Shown here: piece after piece, positions 61,551 to 64,000 of the stretch
How positions within the stretch are numbered: the stretch's first letter is position 1
Layout of the letters: each line of letters begins with the position of its first letter
Origin: Carcharhinus amblyrhynchos
Lineage: Eukaryota
Direction: 5' to 3'
Length of the DNA: 64,000 nt
NCBI GenBank assembly: GCA_965287045.1
Contig: OZ336872.1
Span: forward strand, 29,574,001 to 29,638,000
Notes under the pieces: model-generated
What the model saw: the letters and a program-made list of their open reading frames with translations, nothing else
The model's database searches: none
What the model was told of the DNA's origin: nothing
Position numbers and translations under genes: made by a program

Positions 61551-62130
61551 AAAACAGCACGAGAGAAATTTCATCAGCTATGTCTTCACAATACTATATG
61601 TGGTCTCACCAAGGCTGTAATTGCAGTGAAACCTCTCTACTCCTTGTGCTCAAATCCTCTTGGAATAAAGGCTAACACACAATTTGTCTTCCTAATTGCT
61701 TGCTGTACCTGAATGTTAGCTTTCAGTGACTTATGATCAAGGACACCTGGATCACCAGTGTTGGATAACACCCGCAGGAGGTCGATTCAAGCAGAAGCTC
61801 CCAGGTCAGCTGACTGAAATAATGCAGGTGGAACAAGATCGGGCTTCCTGAAAGCAGAAGCAGATTCACAGGTGAACCCAGAAAAAAAAAAATCAAGAAA
61901 CGGAACAGAGCAAGATCACAAGGATCACACTTAAAAATACTTTACACAAACATGGGCTAAGAAGGTTCACTGGACAGGGACTGAAATGGCTGGTGCAAAA
62001 AAGTTTTAAAAAAATTCATCATTTAACAGAGACAGGGGTGAAAACATTACTGGTTCAAAGGGTAGAAAGGAGTGGTATAATAGTGAAATGAAGAAACCAT
62101 CACAAAAGGCAGCATGATTCACATGAAACA

Positions 62131-63050
62131 GCAAATTGTGCGGAGGGTGTGGAAAGTCTGCAGAGGGATCTAGATAGGCTGAGCGAGTGGGCGAGGACCT
62201 GGCAGATGGAATACAACGTTGCCAAGTGTGAGGTTATCCACTTTGGCAGGAATAATAGTAGGAAGGACTACTACTTAAAGGGCGAAAAGCTGCAGCATGC
62301 TATGGTGCAGAGGGACGTGGGGGTCCTTGTGCATGAGTCGCAAAAACCCAGCCTACAGGTGCAGCAGGTGGTCAGGAAGGCAAATGGGATGCTGGCCTTC
62401 ATAACGAGGGGGATTGAATATAAAAGTAGGGAGGTTTTGCTGCAACTGTACAGGGCATTAGTGAGGCCGCAGCTGGAGTACTGTGTGCAGTTTTGGTTGC
62501 CGCACTTGCGTAAGGATATTTTGGCCTTGGAGGAAGTGCAGAGGAGGTTTACTAGGCTGATACCGGAGTTGAGGGGGTTGAGCTATGAAGAGAGGCTGAA
62601 TAGACTGGGCTTGTACTCGTTACAAGTTTAGAAGGATGAGGGGGGATCTTATTGAGACGTACAAGATGATGAAGGGGATGTATAGGGTAGAGGTGGAGAG
62701 GTTCTTCCCGCTCAGAAAGGACAGCAGGACTAGAGGGCACAGCCTCAAGATAAGGGGGGGAGACAGTTTAGAACGGAGTTGAGGAGGAACTTCTTCACTC
62801 AAAGGGTGGTGAATCTCTGGAATTCTCTGCCCGTTGAAGTGGTGGAGGCTACCTCGCTAAATACATTTAAGATGCGGGTAGATAGGTTTTTGGCAGGCAA
62901 GGGGATTAAGGGTTATGGGGAGAAAGCGGGAAAGTGGAACTGAGCCACTTCAGATCAGCCATGATCTTATTGAATGGCAGGGCAGGCTCGAAGGGCTAGA
63001 TGGCCTACTCCTGCTCCTACTTCTTATGTTCTTATGTTCTTATTATGTTC
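62131..63050 (+). mobile_element. Young CR1 subfamily, 5'-truncated
   Basis: ORF 62149-62631 is the CR1 ORF2 C-terminal part; (TTCTTATG)n tail; same subfamily as 3003 and 57777. Confidence 0.95.
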
Positions 63051-64000
63051 AGTGACTTTATGAAGGACCCTCCAGAACCTAGTGTCAGAAGGAGTATAAT
63101 TACATTATTAGGTCAGCAAAGTGTACAAGTGTATCTTGATGAATAACTGGGCATATTGCTATGTCATCACAAAGCAAATAGGTATTCCTTAGCACAATAG
63201 TCAAGCATAATACTTCAGGGCATCACATTGCGTTGTGGCCCTTGTCTCAGTAGCAAAGTCACTTGGCAGCATTCATATCAGTTATCTCACATCCTGCAAA
63301 ACAAGCTAGCACATTGTGACCTCTCACCCTAGCTCTTTAACCCTTGTACCTACAATTAGTGTCAATCATTCCATAAACTCTGACTGATTGTGGCAGTAGG
63401 ATTGGGGAAGTATTGGTGCCAATGAACACTGTGCACTTCTCCTTCAGGAAATGGTAGCACACGGTGCTAGGGAACACTAGGAAACTGGATGAGGAAATGC
63501 CAACATCTGCTGCTATGTAACAGCACATGAATTGGAAGAATTGACAATATTGGCTTCAATTTAGCCTGGAAGTAGGGGTGAATTCATGTGATTCACTGGG
63601 CTTGGAAGAGTCTATGGGCTGGGTGTTTTGTGGAGGTGATGACCCTGTCCACCAGCTGAAAAGTCAGGGCAACCTGTCCTTGTCAAGCCTGGAAGCCAAG
63701 ACCAGATTTTACAGTCACCAGCCAGTTAATTGCCAGTGGTTGTGGCTTCTGCCAGCTTGTGGCAGGACATCCCACCTTCAAGAGCAGTCAGCCAATCAGA
63801 TGGAACAGTGGCCATTGCTGGGACTCGTGTGAATCCCTGGCAAAGAGCTATGGAGGAGATGCAACTGAAGGCCAAGTGGAGTGGCCTGTCCAAGGGCAGT
63901 CAGGTAGACCCCAAAAGGGGTGGGGGAGGGAGCAATCAGGAGGTTAGGGTATAGTTCAAGCAGGGATGTCCCTTTCAGGACACAGGATAGAGAAGTGGAG

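Noticed and set aside
62149-62631. 160-aa ORF as a host gene
   Set aside because: 5'-truncated CR1 ORF2 fragment ending at a frameshift; the same applies to 3265-3705, 2439-2813 and 47536-47904.

Overview
AT-rich, repeat-dense vertebrate DNA, not prokaryotic. The repeat content (HE1/V-type tRNA SINEs, CR1, L2, Rex1/Babar and RTE LINE fragments, Penelope-like terminal repeats, Harbinger elements) points to a cartilaginous fish (shark); this is an inference from repeat families. Most of the window is decayed mobile DNA and nearly all ORFs in the supplied track are repeat-derived or spurious. I recognise no named host gene. There are several scattered minus-strand exon-like segments with good splice sites, which may belong to a 5' UTR-rich or non-coding transcript (low confidence). 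Clearer features are a decayed Gypsy LTR element (PBS-Leu plus gag with zinc knuckle, 6.1-7.5 kb), a two-gene Harbinger transposon relic (43-45 kb), a tRNA-Pro(TGG) pseudogene (46.6 kb) and three copies of a young CR1 subfamily. The most interesting signal is a set of short TSD-flanked, often palindromic, Penelope-like inserts carrying minimal type-I hammerhead ribozyme motifs. The best copy (13.24-13.46 kb) has an intact core inside a 91-bp-arm near-perfect hairpin. All family assignments come from recognising sequence by eye; no database search was run, and repeat boundaries are approximate unless a TSD is quoted.
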